This document shows, piece after piece, positions 30,559 to 33,827 of a stretch of 33,827 nt of DNA. The notes beneath the pieces are model-generated. The model saw only the letters and a program-made list of their open reading frames with translations. It did no database searches and was not told the origin of the DNA. The number at the start of each line of letters is the position of its first letter. Position 1 is the first letter of the stretch. The stretch comes from Methylophaga sp. Its GTDB lineage: Bacteria; Pseudomonadota; Gammaproteobacteria; Nitrosococcales; Methylophagaceae. The position numbers and the translations under genes were made by a program. The stretch lies in NCBI GenBank assembly GCA_013139345.1, contig WTAY01000126.1, forward strand, positions 1 through 33,827. The letters are read 5' to 3'.

Positions 30559-31389
30559 GTGGACCATTTTTCAGTGGATGCTTATTCACCAAAAGAAATT
30601 GCAGCGAGAGTAGAAAGTGTCGGGGTAAGTAAAAGCACGGGTGAACCGTTACTGGTTTTTGCACTCGCTATATTGGCTGGGGCATTTATAGCTTTTGGCG
30701 CTGTTTTTTATACTATAGTTACTCATGATTCGACAGGTGTTTCTGCAGGGTTAATGAGGCTCATTGGTGGCTTAGCTTTTTGCTTAGGACTTGTGTTAGT
30801 TATTGTTGCTGGTGCTGAATTATTCACAGGCAATAATTTAATTGTGATGGCGTATGTTGATGGAAAGGTTAGCCTTAAACAATTGTTAGGAAACTGGACA
30901 ATTGTTTTTATTGGTAACTTTGTCGGTGCTCTAGGTATTTTATTGCTGATCTATTTGAGTGGTCATTGGCAAATAGGTGGCGGTGGCGTTGGTGCTAAAG
31001 TATTAGCCATTGCCAATGCGAAAGTTAATCTGACTTGGATGGAGGCGTTTACCCGAGGTATCTTATGTAATATTTTAGTGTGTCTCGCTGTTTGGCTATG
31101 TTTTGCAGGTCGAACCGTGGTGGATAAAGTCTTGGCTATTTTATTTCCAATTACGGCATTTGTAGCGATGGGCTTTGAACATTCTGTTGCTAATATGTAT
31201 TTTATTTCGGCAGGTTTAGTCGCAAAACAACAACCAGAACTTGTTCAGTTAGTGGGAAGTCTAAATTTAGAACAGCTAACTGTATCTAGTTTTTTACTCA
31301 ATAATCTTGTTCCAGTTACATTAGGCAATATTATTGGTGGTAGCGTATTTGTAGGTTTGTTTTACTGGTTTATTTATTTAAAAGATTAA
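30559..31389 (+). CDS. Formate/nitrite transporter (FNT) family anion channel
   Basis: Hallmark FNT motifs AELFTGNNL (omega loop) and GFEHSVANMY (S-loop with the central His), and six predicted TM helices. GTG start with AAGGA 8 nt upstream. The substrate (formate, nitrite, hydrosulfide or lactate) cannot be assigned. Confidence 0.88.
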   Translation: MDHFSVDAYSPKEIAARVESVGVSKSTGEPLLVFALAILAGAFIAFGAVFYTIVTHDSTGVSAGLMRLIGGLAFCLGLVLVIVAGAELFTGNNLIVMAYVDGKVSLKQLLGNWTIVFIGNFVGALGILLLIYLSGHWQIGGGGVGAKVLAIANAKVNLTWMEAFTRGILCNILVCLAVWLCFAGRTVVDKVLAILFPITAFVAMGFEHSVANMYFISAGLVAKQQPELVQLVGSLNLEQLTVSSFLLNNLVPVTLGNIIGGSVFVGLFYWFIYLKD

Positions 31390-31400
31390 AGGAGAAAGCA

Positions 31401-31610
31401 ATGTCTGAACATACATATAAACATATTGAATTAACAGGTAGCTCGACAGAAAGCTCTGATCAAGCAATTCAAAATGCGATTGCGAAAGCGGCAGAGTCAG
31501 TTAAACACATGCATTGGTTTAATGTCATTGATACGCGAGGTTATATTGAGGATGGTGGTGTTAAATATTGGCAGGTAACAATAAAGGTAGGTTTCAGAAT
31601 TGAAGATTAG
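31401..31610 (+). CDS. Dodecin family flavin-binding protein
   Basis: 69 aa. YKHIELTGSS..S.DQAIQNAIAKA...V..M.WF.V...RG.I.....KYWQVTIKVGF matches the dodecin consensus. A strong AAAGGAGAAAG ribosome-binding site lies 11 nt after the FNT stop. Confidence 0.85.
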   Translation: MSEHTYKHIELTGSSTESSDQAIQNAIAKAAESVKHMHWFNVIDTRGYIEDGGVKYWQVTIKVGFRIED

Positions 31611-31615
31611 GAAAT

Positions 31616-31646
31616 AAAAACACCCTTTGAGTAAAGGGTGTTTTTT
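31616..31646. terminator. Bidirectional intrinsic terminator between convergent operons
   Basis: AAAAA-CACCCTTT-GAGT-AAAGGGTG-TTTTTT. The 8-bp GC-containing stem has an A-run and a T-run on its flanks, so it can act on both strands. Confidence 0.8.
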
Positions 31647-31654
31647 ACATAATG

Positions 31655-31990
31655 TTAAGCTGACTTTTCGAACTTATGCACCCAAACTTTATGCTTTTCA
31701 TTCCACTTCATGCCTGCATGCATACGTAGAATAAGACCTTTGTACATTTCCATGCTCGGGTAGCCTTCAGCTTGAGCATCAGCATCGGTCATATCGCCTA
31801 ATGTTTTTTGCTCTAAACCTGTGACAGTGAATTGAACACCTTGTAATTCAAAAGTCTCACCGGGATAAGCATAAACACCATCACGGCGTTGCTCTGTTTT
31901 TCTGCCCGCTAAAGCGGCTTCAACTAATTTTTCATGAGTGACCAAACGGTCAATTTCACAGCTTTTTTCAGGATAATCTGTTGTTGTCAT
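31655..31990 (-). CDS. ASCH domain protein
   Basis: 111 aa. ALAGRKTEQRRD parallels ILAGRKTITIRD of the E. coli ASCH protein YqfB, and the downstream beta-rich region and EGY motif are consistent. The start lies 3 nt after the upstream SYLF gene's stop. Confidence 0.7.
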   Translation of the reverse strand: MTTTDYPEKSCEIDRLVTHEKLVEAALAGRKTEQRRDGVYAYPGETFELQGVQFTVTGLEQKTLGDMTDADAQAEGYPSMEMYKGLILRMHAGMKWNEKHKVWVHKFEKSA

Positions 31991-31993
31991 AGT

Positions 31994-32551
31994 TTATTTC
32001 ACAATTTTAGTAAATTTAGAACCTTCTAAGGTCAAGTTGTACATCAAGCCTTTATTGCTAAATACAAAGCCAATAATAGGATCTTTGATATCAAGAGTGT
32101 TGATATCTTCAGCGGCACCCCATTCAATGAGTGCAACAGAACCATCAACGCCTGCTTTCCAGCCTTCACTTGATTGAAAGCTTTTAAGTGCATCATTAGT
32201 CATAAAGACCAGCACTACAGATTTAGATTGAACGCCTAGTTGAAGGCCAATAGAGGCTGCGGCAGTACTATAATAGGCTTTAGTTTTGCCACCGATTTGA
32301 AGTGCACCTTCCCCATATTCACCGCCAATACCAAATCCTGCTTTGATGACACTAGGGAAAATGAGCACGCCTTTAGCTTGTTTCAAAAATTCAGAGCCAC
32401 CAGGGATTTCGTTACGAAAACGTTTCAGTGTTTCTTTAACGCCTACGTTAATTTCATAAGATGAGGCGGCATTAGAAATAGGACTTATAAATAAGCCAAA
32501 ACTAGTTATTAGGGCAAGAGTGAAAGTAAAGAGTCGATTGCTGAGTGACAT
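31994..32551 (-). CDS. Periplasmic SYLF (Ysc84/DUF500) domain protein
   Basis: Signal peptide ending ISNA|AS. The G-rich repeats (GFGIGGEYGEGAL, ASIGLQLGVQS, FVFSNKGLMYNLTLEGSKF) are typical of bacterial SYLF/DUF500 proteins. AAGGAA ribosome-binding site. Confidence 0.7.
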   Translation of the reverse strand: MSLSNRLFTFTLALITSFGLFISPISNAASSYEINVGVKETLKRFRNEIPGGSEFLKQAKGVLIFPSVIKAGFGIGGEYGEGALQIGGKTKAYYSTAAASIGLQLGVQSKSVVLVFMTNDALKSFQSSEGWKAGVDGSVALIEWGAAEDINTLDIKDPIIGFVFSNKGLMYNLTLEGSKFTKIVK

Positions 32552-32620
32552 GATTCATTCCTTATTCAGATGATTTAATGACACGTTAGCATGCTGTGCA
32601 CATTGAATAAAGAGGTGATT

Positions 32621-32661
32621 AAAAAAAGAGCCAGTGCGTGTGCACTGGCTCTCAGGTTTTT
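32621..32661 (-). terminator. Rho-independent terminator of ybiT
   Basis: Stem GAGCCAGTGC (32628-32637) pairs with GCACTGGCTC (32642-32651) across a 4-nt loop. The minus-strand RNA continues into U7. A T6 run on the plus side makes the structure formally bidirectional. Confidence 0.8.
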
Positions 32662-32673
32662 TCTGATTTAAGG

Positions 32674-33827
32674 CTATTTTACGCCTTGGCTTGCCAAGTA
32701 TTCTTCATAGCTACCACGGAAATCAACAATACCGTTTTCAGTGATATCGAAAACACGGGTCGCTAATGATGATACAAACTCACGATCATGGCTGACGAAA
32801 AATAATGTGCCATCATAGCGAGTAAGCGCCATATTTAATGACTCGATAGATTCCATATCCATGTGGTTAGTTGGTTCATCCATAATTAAGATATTTGGTT
32901 TTTGCAGTAATAATTTACCAAACATCATTCGGCCTTTCTCACCACCTGATAGGACTTTAGCTTTCTTATCAATTGATGGGCCTGAGAATAATAAACGACC
33001 TAATGTGCCACGAATAACTTGTTCGTCATCTGACGGTTTTCCCCACTGCTGCATCCATTCAAACAAGCTAAGATCATTTTCAAATAGGTATTCATGATCT
33101 TGTGCGTAGTAACCAATGTTGGCATTTTCAGACCATTTTACTTCACCTGATTTTGGTGTCATCTCTGTTGCTAATGTCTTAGCAAGCGTTGATTTACCAA
33201 TACCATTGGGGCCGATAATTGCGATTCGCTCACCCACTTCAGCCATAAATTTAAAGTCTTTAAACAGTACTTCTTCACTGTCGTAACCTTGGCTGACATT
33301 GTTCACTTCAACCGCATTACGGAACAATTTTTTATCTTGTTCAAAGTTAATATAAGGGTTAACACGGCTTGATGGTTTGATATCATCCAATTGGATTTTA
33401 TCAATTTGCTTAGCACGTGATGTTGCTTGTTTTGCTTTTGATGCATTAGCTGAGAAGCGACGAACAAAATCTTGTAATTCAATAATTTGTGCTTTTTTCT
33501 TAGCATTATCAGCTATTTGACTAGCTCGAGCTTGTGTCGATGCCAGCATGTATTCATCGTAGGTACCAGGATAAACACGAAGTTCACCAAAGTCCATATC
33601 TGCCATATGTGTACAAACACTGTTTAAGAAATGACGATCATGCGAGATGATGATCATTGTGCCACTACGCTGATTGATAACATCTTCTAACCAACGGATC
33701 GTATTGATGTCCAGATGGTTAGTTGGCTCATCAAGTAACATGATATCCGGTTCTGCAAATAGTACTTGAGCAAGCAAAATACGGAGTTTCCAACCGGGAG
33801 CAATTTCACTCATTGGGCCGTAATGTT
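32674..33827 (-). CDS. ybiT: ABC-F family ATPase YbiT (5' end beyond the window)
   Basis: Near-colinear with the remembered E. coli YbiT, for example [49 protein letters not shown] and [20 protein letters not shown]. The second Walker A is GPNGIGKST. The reading frame stays open to the right edge, so the ORF-track Met at 33813 is internal. Confidence 0.88.
   Translation of the reverse strand, partial: HYGPMSEIAPGWKLRILLAQVLFAEPDIMLLDEPTNHLDINTIRWLEDVINQRSGTMIIISHDRHFLNSVCTHMADMDFGELRVYPGTYDEYMLASTQARASQIADNAKKKAQIIELQDFVRRFSANASKAKQATSRAKQIDKIQLDDIKPSSRVNPYINFEQDKKLFRNAVEVNNVSQGYDSEEVLFKDFKFMAEVGERIAIIGPNGIGKSTLAKTLATEMTPKSGEVKWSENANIGYYAQDHEYLFENDLSLFEWMQQWGKPSDDEQVIRGTLGRLLFSGPSIDKKAKVLSGGEKGRMMFGKLLLQKPNILIMDEPTNHMDMESIESLNMALTRYDGTLFFVSHDREFVSSLATRVFDITENGIVDFRGSYEEYLASQGVK

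Noticed and set aside
1-33827. Search for CRISPR repeats, IS elements or inverted terminal repeats, integrases, phage or plasmid genes, tRNA genes, toxin-antitoxin pairs and known defence-system signatures.
   Set aside because: I saw no repeat-spacer periodicity, no transposase, recombinase or nuclease-helicase defence-type ORFs, and no tRNA-like cloverleaf motifs. Every ORF over 100 aa is accounted for by housekeeping genes or by the small accessory genes listed above.

Overview
This window is almost entirely core gammaproteobacterial chromosome, from a moderately AT-rich and probably marine organism that I cannot name from the sequence alone.

Gene content:
- 1-77: the last ~30 nt of a 5S rRNA plus its terminator, so an rrn operon ends here.
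- 281-1970: a convergent, overlapping pair made of a P4H-like 2OG-Fe(II) oxygenase and a DUF3549-like hypothetical protein.
- 921-25852, minus strand (apart from the plus-strand DUF721 gene at 7004-7447): a complete dcw cluster and its neighbours, in the order mraZ-rsmH-ftsL-ftsI-murE-murF-mraY-murD-ftsW-murG-murC-murB-ddl-ftsQ-ftsA-ftsZ-lpxC, then a DUF721/DciA-like gene, an M23 peptidase, secA, argJ and the DUF3549-like gene. Every junction from rsmH to ftsA has overlapping stop and start codons.
- 25874-25936: a near-consensus sigma70 promoter and three 10-bp-phased GTGG(G/A)T boxes, which I read as an MraZ operator.
- 25937-26339: an ORF-free spacer rich in hairpins.
- 26340-33827: a looser arm holding a fused SpmA/SpmB-like Gate-domain membrane protein, a secreted jelly-roll (polysaccharide-lyase-like) protein, deaD, an FNT channel with a dodecin, a periplasmic SYLF protein with an ASCH protein, and a 5'-truncated ABC-F gene, ybiT.

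I found no CRISPR array, no IS, integrase or phage genes, no tRNA and no recognisable defence system.

The only candidates for anything undescribed are small pairs of poorly characterised genes: FNT-dodecin, jelly-roll with Gate-domain protein, SYLF-ASCH, and P4H-like with DUF3549-like. The non-coding spacer upstream of Pmra is a further candidate. All are scored modestly because I cannot check conservation from a single window.

I corrected several N-termini in the supplied ORF track (ftsZ, murC, murD, deaD, M23 peptidase) using ribosome-binding sites, stop/start coupling and ortholog N-termini.
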